From contig DXJO01000010.1 of the NCBI GenBank assembly GCA_019057475.1, positions 224,001 through 288,000 on the forward strand: a stretch of 64,000 nucleotides of DNA, given 5' to 3'. This stretch comes from Candidatus Thorarchaeota archaeon. Its GTDB lineage: Archaea; Asgardarchaeota; Thorarchaeia; Thorarchaeales; Thorarchaeaceae. This document shows, piece after piece, positions 30,606 to 40,200 of the stretch; position 1 is the first letter of the stretch; every line of letters starts with the position of its first letter. The translations under genes were made by a program, and so were the position numbers. The notes beneath the pieces were generated by a model, which searched no databases, was not told where the DNA came from, and worked only from the letters and a program-made list of their open reading frames with translations.

Positions 30606-31253
30606 ATGGCAATCATAGAGAAAGACATTGAGCCCATGAAGGATTTGGAGATTATTTCTGATCCAAAGACCATCAAAATCCTCTTTGAACCAACAAGAGC
30701 TGCGATTGTCTTCAAGTACTTGGTACAGGATTCAATGACAGTGAAACAGCTTTCGGACCGGTTGAATAAGAACCCCGGAACTATCCTTCATCACATTGAG
30801 AAACTAAAGAAAGCGGGGCTCATTGTCGAGGAACGCACTGAGCAAACTAGGACTGGAATCGTTCAGCGTTACTATAGGGCAACAGCCAGAGAGTTTCGAC
30901 TCGGAATCAGTGGCATGATGGCGGCAGATGGGGGGGTCGCCAAATTCGCAAAGAATCGCCTAGAATCAATGGTCGCTAGTCTTTCGGTCTATGGCATAGA
31001 GATTTCGGAATCAGAGACCCCTGAAGCAATGGAACTGCTCAGGGCCGTCATAGAACGAGAGAACTACGTGAACTCGAACTTGTCTATCACCGACAAGAAG
31101 AGCTACAAAAAACTCTCCTCTCCGGTACGCAATGATGCGTCGCGAATAACGCGACGATTTGCACTCGAAGAGGATGAGGACTATCGGCGACTGAGAAACA
31201 AGTGGCATAGCTTTCTCCGGTTGCATCAAAAAGGTGGAACAAAGAATGAATGA
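30606..31253 (+). CDS. ArsR-like winged-helix transcription regulator
   Basis: EPTR..I...MTVKQLS...PGTILHHIEKLKKAGLI...QRYYRATA. Confidence 0.9.
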   Translation: MAIIEKDIEPMKDLEIISDPKTIKILFEPTRAAIVFKYLVQDSMTVKQLSDRLNKNPGTILHHIEKLKKAGLIVEERTEQTRTGIVQRYYRATAREFRLGISGMMAADGGVAKFAKNRLESMVASLSVYGIEISESETPEAMELLRAVIERENYVNSNLSITDKKSYKKLSSPVRNDASRITRRFALEEDEDYRRLRNKWHSFLRLHQKGGTKNE

Positions 31254-32022
31254 ACAAAATTCTGGATATCAACGGAATACGACAATGGTCGTGTGTGTAG
31301 TGCTTGTAATCGCAATTGGGGGCATACTTGTAGGTCTACTGGCCTTCTATAATCCGCTCCCCCGTGGCGGTGGATGGAACTGGAGTGATGCAACTACTGA
31401 TTTCAGCTTCGATGACACTCTCGGTTCAACAACAGGCACAGTAGAACTTGATTTGGATATTTCAGTTGGAGGCGTTAAGATAACTTTCGAGAACGACTCG
31501 AACTTGCTCTATAGGATCGACATGGAGGTGCCCAACAACACGGTTGCTGAGTATGGTGACCCCGTAGTTACTTTCAGCTCCAATACGATTACTCTAGACT
31601 ATCCTATGGCGGGAGTCAACGTGACTCTGGGCAGTGGTGTCAACTACACCCTCGATATAGACATAACGACTGGTGCCATTGACTTGGAGCTGATAGCGGG
31701 TGCTCACATTGGGGATGTTGCGCTCAACACATCGGTTGGGGCCATCTCGGTGGTCATGACGGACGATGTTGTAGTTAATGGGGATGTGGAGTTCAGCTTC
31801 CTTACCGGCGTTGGAGCCATCAATGTGGTGGCAGACTTTCCAACAGATGTAGGGGGAAGCTTCGATGCGACCGCATCCGTTGGCAGTATCGAGGTGGTTG
31901 CTCCCGGATGGACGGAATCACCGCCGAATCACTACGAAACAGATGACTACGACACTGCATCAAATACGGTCACTATCACTGCAATCACGAACACAGGTTC
32001 CATTAACGCAATCTTGACCTGA
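31246..32022 (+). CDS. membrane-anchored beta-strand-repeat protein (DUF4097/LiaF-like)
   Basis: Single N-terminal TM; repeated TGAI/VGAI/VGSI/TGSI strands; ATG at 31246 overlaps the regulator end. Confidence 0.7.
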   Translation: MNEQNSGYQRNTTMVVCVVLVIAIGGILVGLLAFYNPLPRGGGWNWSDATTDFSFDDTLGSTTGTVELDLDISVGGVKITFENDSNLLYRIDMEVPNNTVAEYGDPVVTFSSNTITLDYPMAGVNVTLGSGVNYTLDIDITTGAIDLELIAGAHIGDVALNTSVGAISVVMTDDVVVNGDVEFSFLTGVGAINVVADFPTDVGGSFDATASVGSIEVVAPGWTESPPNHYETDDYDTASNTVTITAITNTGSINAILT

Positions 32023-32038
32023 TTGCGTGCATTATTTG

Positions 32039-32070
32039 GGAGGGGTATCGCCCCTCCTTCTCTTTTTCTT
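32039..32070 (+). terminator. hairpin plus pyrimidine-tract terminator
   Basis: GGAGGGG-TATCG-CCCCTCC followed by TTCTCTTTTTCTT, just downstream of the operon end at 32022. Confidence 0.75.
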
Positions 32071-32153
32071 GCTCTCGATTCTACGCAATTCGCAAATCTT
32101 TTATCGAAACGTGCCCGTCGTCGGCCAGCTTACTTCTTAGGAGTCTGACTACA

Positions 32154-35100
32154 ATGACGAGCAAGCACACCAAAGGCAAGGTTCGCGATTTCGAGTTGAC
32201 ATTAGAGGACGCCGGCCGTCTTGTTGATTGCTTGAACTCGTTCGACGACTCAGACTCGTGGCCTGGCGGTTTCACGCACGGCAATCCGTTCACTGCAGAG
32301 CGAGTGTTGAAAGATTGGAAAAAGCAGAACAACTTGCGGGTCATAGTGGCTTACAAAGACGACATGATAGTGGGCCATTGCAACATAGTTCAGGGGGAAC
32401 TTGACCCGGAAGCTGCATACGTTGGACTCCTTGGAGCAAATCCTGCGTATCAAGGTCAGGGTTATGGCAAGGCCATGCTTATAGAGGCAGCCGAAACTGC
32501 TGCCAAAACCGGAAAGAGAAGAATAGATCTTCATACATGGGCAGGCAATCTCAAAGCCATGCCGCTTTACAAAAGAGTTGGCTATAACTGGGTGCCTGGT
32601 ACTAGAGTCTTGATGGAGTCTCATATCCCTGGCATCTTATCATGCGAAATGTTCGCGGAGTTTTTCAGCAGATACTACTGGTATGACGCCTACAAACGGG
32701 AAATACATCAAGAAGTTGACGATGTCGTGGTAGGTGTTCTTGGCGTTTTCAAGTACTCCTTCGAAGGGGAGAACGACGATTCTCTTGAGGTCACTATTGA
32801 TAGAGAGGCAAAGGGCATCTGCGGCTTCAAGCTTGCTCTTGATGGACGCGAGCTTAGGGTCGACATCCGTCCAAGATCGCACCACGGATATATCGGCATA
32901 GGTGAAACTCCGGTAGAGCTAGTGATTTCAAACAGGAGCGATGAGAATCTCCCGTATACTGTGCAAGTTGTACCCACAGAGGGGTTTTCTGTAGATATAC
33001 ATGACAAGACATCAGGCAACGTGACCGTGGGTGATGAAGCGACTCTCAAAGCAATCTATTCGATTGGTACTGAGGCAGAACCGCTCGATAGGGATACCAA
33101 CCCTGATGAGAAAGCCAAGACGCAGGCTGAGTGGATTCTCGGAATCGGCGAGAAATCTGTTCACATGTTCAATGGCTTGATTTCCAAAGAAGCAGTTACA
33201 GTCAGTTCTGGTCCATATCACCCCTCAATCTCGCCGGGTGAGAGCGCGAAATTTGTGATATCTCTTCACAACAACTCGGAACAAGCGGTAAAAGGTGTTG
33301 CAGCCTTCACTTCTCCTGACGAGCATAAGCTAAGTATGAGCGAGCACTCCTTCTCTTTGAGTCCGAATGAAACAATTGAGGTGCATCTAGAGTTCTCTAC
33401 TACATCTGAGGATGCGAATACCATTGTGCCAGTCGAGATTTCAGTTTCCGTTGAAGAAGAGGGCCACCTCGCCTTACTCGCAAAGAAACTGCTTGATATT
33501 CCAGTGATAGGTCCAGCTGGTGCTCTAGCATACCGTAGCTTGAACGAGGAACTTGTACTTGAAACTGAAATGCTCCGTGTCACAATGGCTCGCAATCCTC
33601 CGATGATGATTAAACGGATAGAAAACAAAATAACCTGCAAGTCTGAGCGGGTCTGGTGGTTCTTGCCTATGCCTGGGTATCCATTCCCAGGTGAGGGCGG
33701 GGAGTGGACCAACAAGAAGTTCGACGTTCAGGTGCGGAATCTGCAGGATAGAGCAGAGATTCAGCTTGAGGCTGATTCCATTGACCGACCCGGTCTGCGA
33801 ATGACAGTCATCTATCGTGTGTATCCGGGTAGGGAGTACTTGGAAGCTGTGGTCCGTTTCACCAATGTTGGCACGACTAGGCAGACCAATCTGGGACTCA
33901 TGCTGGGTTTGTGGATGGATTACCATGGAGCGCAGCTCTTTGTCCCTGTGAATGGTAGCATCCATAGTCTGGACTCAGTTGAATGGACCGGTGACAGACA
34001 ACTGCCCAAGTCGCCGAAGTATTACCATGAATCATGGGCTGCTAAGCAAGATTACGATGGCATTACTATTCTAGGTGCAATCTGGGATCCAGAGTTTCTT
34101 GACGAAGTAACTCCGACCAGACGCTGGTCGATGATACGCACTGAGTATCGGCTGCCAGATTTAGAGGTGGGTCAGTCCATAGAGAAGACACCCCTCAGAA
34201 TTGTCGTGAGTCAAGGTGGCTGGGAGAACGTGCGTCGACTGTGGGCACAGCTTTACGGGAAGTCCGCCGAGTTGAAAGGTCACGTCGAGCTCAGGTCTGA
34301 CCTTGAGGTAGAACTTGTTCCCGAGTCGACTAACACGCGCCAGAGGAATGGCGCTCCAATCCTAGTTGACCGGGCCAAAAAAACCAAGATGGAATTTCGC
34401 GTAAGAGTGATCCATGAGGACGCAATCAATTCCGACATAATGCTCAGAATGCCTGAAGGACTTCTGGCGAATGGCAAGAGGAATCTCGAGTTCAATGTGA
34501 AGGCGCTCTCCATTAATTCTCCATTCACAGTCCCTGTCGCAATCACGGTTGATGACGACAAGGAATGGCTCCGAAGAAACGGGGAAGTCGAACTGAAATT
34601 CCAAAGCAGGGTTGCACGGATTCCATTCACTGCTCTTGTTTATGACTCGAAAGCCCCAATCAAGCGTGACACCACCACTGAGCAAAACCTTGTGCTTCAC
34701 AGTCTCACGTTGGGAGAGTATGAAATGGCTGTTTCTCCTGACTACTGTGCGAATCTCGTCCGGTTAGGCAAGACGGGGAAACCAAGTGTTTTCTATGACA
34801 CTTTCCCCGAGGCAAAGCCGTTCATGTGGTCGGATCAGCACTACAGCGGAGTAAGCCCTATGATTGCAGGTTGGACCATCTGGGATTGGGAGTCTGCTCT
34901 ACCAAAGGAGAAATGGTTGCTCTCTGAGGTTACTCAGGGTCCCTGGATTGGGTACGAGTTGAGGACAGTTGCTAAACACGCCCCGAAGGTAAAAGGCATT
35001 GAGTTCACTGTGCGCCATATGATGCTTCCCGGAGCGCCTATTGTTCATTCTGAGATAAGCGCTACGAATAGGAGTGGTCAGTGGAGGAAGGTATGGCTTG

Positions 35101-35462
35101 GATTTAGGGGCATATCGCGTATCGGTGGCAAGACCCAGAGCAATATCCATGCGGTGACTCAGGGGGGACGGGTTTCTTATTGTCCCACTGCTGATGCGGC
35201 GCGAATAGATGCAACTCCGGAGGAAGGCTGGATTGCCTTTGAAGAACCTGAGAGCGGAGAAGTACTTGGAACGATATCGGGCGCGAAGAAAGAGCCAACC
35301 CTTAGGGGAATGAACATGGGTGAGAAAGCACAGGAAACCATGGTGCAAGGTTGGAAGAAGCTTAAAACCGGAGAGTCCGGAACGGTTTCGTGCTACTACG
35401 TCCTAGCGTCAACGGTCGAAGACGTGGTCCTGCTCAAGAATTTGCCGGCTCGAATTGAATAG
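32154..35462 (+). CDS. large GNAT-fusion protein (N-terminal acetyltransferase plus beta-rich domains)
   Basis: PAYQGQGYGKAML...GNLKAMPLYKRVGY in the first ~150 aa; the remainder is unassigned. Confidence 0.85.
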   Translation: MTSKHTKGKVRDFELTLEDAGRLVDCLNSFDDSDSWPGGFTHGNPFTAERVLKDWKKQNNLRVIVAYKDDMIVGHCNIVQGELDPEAAYVGLLGANPAYQGQGYGKAMLIEAAETAAKTGKRRIDLHTWAGNLKAMPLYKRVGYNWVPGTRVLMESHIPGILSCEMFAEFFSRYYWYDAYKREIHQEVDDVVVGVLGVFKYSFEGENDDSLEVTIDREAKGICGFKLALDGRELRVDIRPRSHHGYIGIGETPVELVISNRSDENLPYTVQVVPTEGFSVDIHDKTSGNVTVGDEATLKAIYSIGTEAEPLDRDTNPDEKAKTQAEWILGIGEKSVHMFNGLISKEAVTVSSGPYHPSISPGESAKFVISLHNNSEQAVKGVAAFTSPDEHKLSMSEHSFSLSPNETIEVHLEFSTTSEDANTIVPVEISVSVEEEGHLALLAKKLLDIPVIGPAGALAYRSLNEELVLETEMLRVTMARNPPMMIKRIENKITCKSERVWWFLPMPGYPFPGEGGEWTNKKFDVQVRNLQDRAEIQLEADSIDRPGLRMTVIYRVYPGREYLEAVVRFTNVGTTRQTNLGLMLGLWMDYHGAQLFVPVNGSIHSLDSVEWTGDRQLPKSPKYYHESWAAKQDYDGITILGAIWDPEFLDEVTPTRRWSMIRTEYRLPDLEVGQSIEKTPLRIVVSQGGWENVRRLWAQLYGKSAELKGHVELRSDLEVELVPESTNTRQRNGAPILVDRAKKTKMEFRVRVIHEDAINSDIMLRMPEGLLANGKRNLEFNVKALSINSPFTVPVAITVDDDKEWLRRNGEVELKFQSRVARIPFTALVYDSKAPIKRDTTTEQNLVLHSLTLGEYEMAVSPDYCANLVRLGKTGKPSVFYDTFPEAKPFMWSDQHYSGVSPMIAGWTIWDWESALPKEKWLLSEVTQGPWIGYELRTVAKHAPKVKGIEFTVRHMMLPGAPIVHSEISATNRSGQWRKVWLGFRGISRIGGKTQSNIHAVTQGGRVSYCPTADAARIDATPEEGWIAFEEPESGEVLGTISGAKKEPTLRGMNMGEKAQETMVQGWKKLKTGESGTVSCYYVLASTVEDVVLLKNLPARIE

Positions 35463-35472
35463 GACTTCCTTG

Positions 35473-36735
35473 CTAGATATGCAGGCGCTTTCCTCTGGCA
35501 GTGCACTCGGCCACCTTGGTGTCTTTTCCTTCCTGCCTGAAGAGTCCTGAAGCTACTTCCCAGGTTCTTCTTGCCGCGCTTATCTTGCCCATCTTCTCCA
35601 AGATGATGGCTCTATAGTACAGATGATTCCCGTCGGCCGGGTCCACTGAGAATGCAAGATCAAAGTCGTTCAGAGCCTCTTGATATCTTTCCATTGTGAA
35701 GTAGACGAGGCCTCGCTGGTGGGCGACCTCTCCATTATTGGGGTCGAGCGCCAGTGCAGTGTTGAAGAACTCCAGCGCTGTGCCCTTGTCGTTCCTTAGC
35801 AGATACACTGTGCCACACTTGACCCATGCGGATGTGTACTCGGGGTCTGCATTGATGGCCTTCTGATATGCGTCTGCGGACTCCTTGTACGACTTCAACA
35901 TCTTGTGGGCATCGCCTTTCTTTATCCAGAGACCAGGGTCATTGAACTTGATTCCAACTGCTTTGTCATAATACAGCAGGGACCTAGCGTATTCGCCTCT
36001 CGCATAGAAGACGTCACCCAGGGTTCCCAGCGCGTTCGGATTCTCCCCGTCCATCCAGAGTGCCTTGTCAAGAGCCTCTATAGCTTTGTCATATTGATTT
36101 GCTTCAAGGTAGAGGGTTGCCAACCCCATGAAGGCGGGCATGCAGCTCGGATTTGCTTTGAGGGTCTTCTTGAACCAGGTTTCTGCGCCCTGATAATTGC
36201 CAGTCTTCCTGAAGAACACCCCCTTTCCCAGCATTGCCCGGTCGAGGTTTGGCTGAATCTTCAGAGCTTTCTCAAGATTCTTCTGACACTCTTCGGTTTC
36301 ACCAAGTTCTAGATGCGCCATTGCAATGTGAACTAACGCCCTGACATTGTCTGAGTCAATGGACAGCGCGGTTTCAAGGCATGTGATTGCATCCTTAGCT
36401 TCTCCAGCCATCAAGTAGGCTAAGCCCATATGTATCCAGGACATGGTCTGATTGCTATTCAGACCTAGGGATATCTCGTAGAGCATTATTGCCCGTGGAT
36501 AACTGCTCTCTTGGAGATGAACTGTCGCTACTCTGCTCATGATACCAGGTAATTGCTCGTCGCCCTTTAGTGCGTCGAGTGCCTTCTGCAATTCTTTCTC
36601 AAGATCGCTGAGGTCCCTGCGGTCCTTTGTCTGAATGGAAACCGGTCGAATTCTCTCGGGTACAACCTCTTCGGGGGCCCCCAGTTTATCTAGCTTGGTT
36701 GCGATTCGCGCAAGAAGGTCCTCTGTTTCAACCAT
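35473..36735 (-). CDS. tetratricopeptide repeat protein
   Basis: About 10 repeats of 34 aa with W..G..Y...A...Y..AL...P pattern. Confidence 0.93.
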   Translation of the reverse strand: MVETEDLLARIATKLDKLGAPEEVVPERIRPVSIQTKDRRDLSDLEKELQKALDALKGDEQLPGIMSRVATVHLQESSYPRAIMLYEISLGLNSNQTMSWIHMGLAYLMAGEAKDAITCLETALSIDSDNVRALVHIAMAHLELGETEECQKNLEKALKIQPNLDRAMLGKGVFFRKTGNYQGAETWFKKTLKANPSCMPAFMGLATLYLEANQYDKAIEALDKALWMDGENPNALGTLGDVFYARGEYARSLLYYDKAVGIKFNDPGLWIKKGDAHKMLKSYKESADAYQKAINADPEYTSAWVKCGTVYLLRNDKGTALEFFNTALALDPNNGEVAHQRGLVYFTMERYQEALNDFDLAFSVDPADGNHLYYRAIILEKMGKISAARRTWEVASGLFRQEGKDTKVAECTARGKRLHI

Positions 36736-36872
36736 CAGATATTGTCCCCAATCCCTTTCTAGATTGCCCTTATCTTATCAATCATTGGAATTTCCCTACA
36801 GGGCGAGTATATGCATGTCTCGGATGCTGTCTCGTGCGCTTCCAACCAGCATTATTTTCCCCGTTCTTCATC

Positions 36873-37226
36873 TTAGCGATCTCTCTTTGGGATTGTATCA
36901 TGTAGCATAAGCCCGCTTCCCAAGAGAACTATGAATAGATTAACCCAGATCCAATCGGTCATGGAATTAGAGGAGGGAAGTAGAAGACTAGAGAAGAGAA
37001 GTAGGAGGACTCCCAGAAACCCCCTTTTCCCTGGTCTCGATTCGTACCCTTCAATACTAATCCAAAACGATCCTGGTACTACTGCGACAATAATAGCGAA
37101 CGTCAAGATGAAAAACGATGATTCTTTTGTTAATCCAAGAATCAAATACATGAGCATGCCTAATGCAATTAGTAGATATAATAGAAATTCTTCTCAAAAT
37201 GGAAGATATCTCTTAATTTAACTCAT
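36873..37226 (-). pseudogene. low-GC small membrane protein gene with two in-frame stops near the 5' end
   Basis: GGGGAG then ATG 37226 in frame with the 94-aa ORF: MS*IKRYLPF*EEFLLYLLIALGMLMY... Confidence 0.5.
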
Positions 37227-37264
37227 TAACAATCTCCCCGTCTTGCGCCTGAAAGATATATTGC

Positions 37265-40200
37265 CTATGCTACTATCTTCACTGGTTGCAGATTAACAAC
37301 TCGGTGTTCGCCTTCCACACTGTCGTATTCCACCATACCAACGAGCTCGCCCTCAGCGCCCGGCTGAAGCTCGAACTCAATCTCCACGACATTCATAGCG
37401 CCGGCCTCCACCGTGCCTATTGCCTCGCTTCTTATCGAGTCAGTAAGGTCCGGAACACCCAGTATCACTTGGACGTTCTGCATCGCGTTCTCCGAGCCGT
37501 TCCGTATCACCACTCCGAATACAACCTTGCCTTCACGGATCTTGTACTCTACCGCAACCTCCATGCCCGGTTCCAGACCAGGACTCGCAGGCTCTGCAGT
37601 CGTAACAAACTCCTCCACGAAGTACTCCTCGCGTACACGCTTCGTAACAATAGCTAGCCCTATCAGCAGACCCACAATCCCGGCCACAGGCACTACCCAG
37701 TGAACCGTTGGCATGAAGTCCGCTGCATCCAGAAGACCATCTCCGTCAGAGTCAGTGCTCAGAGGGTTCGAGCCGTACACGAAAATCTCGTCATAATCGC
37801 TCAGGGTGTCTCCGTCTGAATCCCATAGAGTTGGGTCTGTTAGGTAGACATTGTACTCCGCGCCATCGCTGAGGCCATCCGAATCTGTGTCGTTCGACAA
37901 GGGGTTCGTGTCGGATGTGAATATCTCAATGCTGTCACTCAAGCCATCCCCGTCCGAGTCGGCCGACGTTGGATCAGTGTGATGGGCAATAACCTCTTGA
38001 TAGTCATTGAGACCGTCAAGATCTGTGTCCGGTTTCCACGGGTCTACACCCAGGTCGACGTGCGTTATGACTTCATCGTAGTCGCTCAGACCATCCCCGT
38101 CTGAGTCAGCGTTTGTCGCATTGGTGTGGTATGTTTCAATCTCCATAAAGTCGGATAACAAATCTCCATCAGTGTCATTGCTCAAGGGGTTCGTTCTATG
38201 CTCGAAAATTTCTGGGCCATCCAAGAGGAGGTCTTCATCTGAGTCACTATTCAAGGGGTCCGTTCCAAGTGCTACCTCATAACCGTCTTCCAAATCGTCG
38301 TTATCTGAGTCTGGGTCAAGTGGCATTGTACCGTAGTCGCGCAGCTCCTCAAGGTTGCCCAGACCATCATTATCAGAGTCCCAATCATCATCAGATATCG
38401 TCGGTGAGAACGTGGTGTTCGTTGTCGGGTCTGTTCCGGTCAAGAAGACCTCTTCCCAATCCGTCAGAAGGTCGGAATCTGTGAAGTTGGAGAGCGGATC
38501 GCAGCCGTAGTCGAGTATCTCCTCCCCGTCTCCGAGACCGTCTCCGTCGGTGTCATAATCGAGGGGGTCGGTGAAGTAGTCTTCGACCTCTTCCCAGTCT
38601 GATAGGTCATCCGAATCTGTGTCTTCCTCTAGGGGATCTGTGCCATAGATGTGCATTTCATCACCATTACTGAGCCCGTCGTCATCTTCGTCGTCATTGA
38701 GGTCTGAAGTCCCGTCACCATCTGTATCCTTGATTCGCGGGTCGGTTTCTGTTAGGACGCACTCCTCCCAATTAGTGAGCAGATCTCTGTCCTCATCATC
38801 TGCCCCGTCTAGAGTGCCATCGGAATCTGTATCGTTAAGCCGCGGGTTCGTCAGCGTGAGCCGAATCTCTTGGCTGTTTGTTAGATTGTCTTCGTCCATG
38901 TCCCAGTCAGCATCCGATAGGCCGAACGGATTGCTGCTGTACAGGGTCGGGTCGGTCAGTGTCATATTGACTTCGTGATAATCGGTTAAACCATCGTTGT
39001 CCGAGTCTCTATCCCTCGGGTTGGTGAATACCAGTCTAAGTTCTTGCTGACCACTGGCATTGTAGAACTGCAGGAAGAAACCATTCACCTCTTGACCATC
39101 AAGGAGGAGATCCCCGTCGCTATCTTCCTTCAAGGGGTCTGTATTGTGGATGTCCAGTTCATCACCATCTCCGAGCCCGTCTCCATCAGAATCGTACTGG
39201 AGCGGGTCGGTTTCGAAGACCATGATCTCGTCGTAATCATTCAATCTATCCATGTCAGTGTCGGTTGAGTTCAGCAGAGTGTGGTACGTGAGAGCCTCCT
39301 CTCCATCCTCCAACCCATCGTCGTCTGTGTCTCTATCGTTGGGGTCACTGGAATAGAAGAAGAGCTCATCCCAATCCCCTAGACCATCTGCATCCGAATC
39401 CATGTTCCGTGGGTCAGTTTCACTGGTGAATATCTCGTAGAAGTCTGATAGTAGATCTCCGTCTGTGTCCAACAGGGTACAATTGGTTTGATACATGTAG
39501 ATCTCATCATGATTGTTGAGCCCATCGCCGTCCTCATCGTCAAGGTTGTCATCAATTCCGTCTCCATCCGTGTCTCTTAGGGTGGGGTCGGTGTGGCTGT
39601 TCCATATCTCGTCGTTATCTGCCAGATTGTCTCCATCTGTATCATCCAAGAGCGGAGAAGTTCCATAGATGTTCACTTCGTCGCCATCGCTCAATGAATC
39701 GAAATCTGAGTCTGGATTTTCAGGGTCAGTTCCCTCTTCCAGTTCCTCCTTATCGTTGAGTCCATCTCCGTCGACATCGGCTTCTGTGGGATCAGTCCCA
39801 TGAACCTGCCATTCATCCCAATCGCTAAGCCCGTCGCCGTCTGTGTCATTTGAGTTGGGGTTGGTCCCAAGTTCAATCTCCTGCTTGTCGTCAATCATGT
39901 CGCTATCGCTGTCTGGATTGTTGGGGTCAGTCAAGTATTCATTCACTTCATCTCCGTCCGAGTCCCAGAGCGTCGCATTGGTGAGCGAAACGTAGACCTC
40001 GTAGTAATCATCTAGGCCATCTGAGTCCGAGTCCGTTCCAGTCGGATTAGTATGGTAGATGATGTACTCCTCGTAATCACTAAGCCCATCGTTATCCGTG
40101 TCCATATCAGTCGGGCTCGAACCTGCGAAATTAACTTCTATGCCATCCCAGAGGCCATCTCCATCAGTGTCAGGGTTCGTCGCGTTTGAGCCGTAACCAT

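Noticed and set aside
37194-37196. In-frame TGA as selenocysteine
   Set aside because: A TAA also lies in frame upstream, there is no redox motif, and no SECIS was recognised
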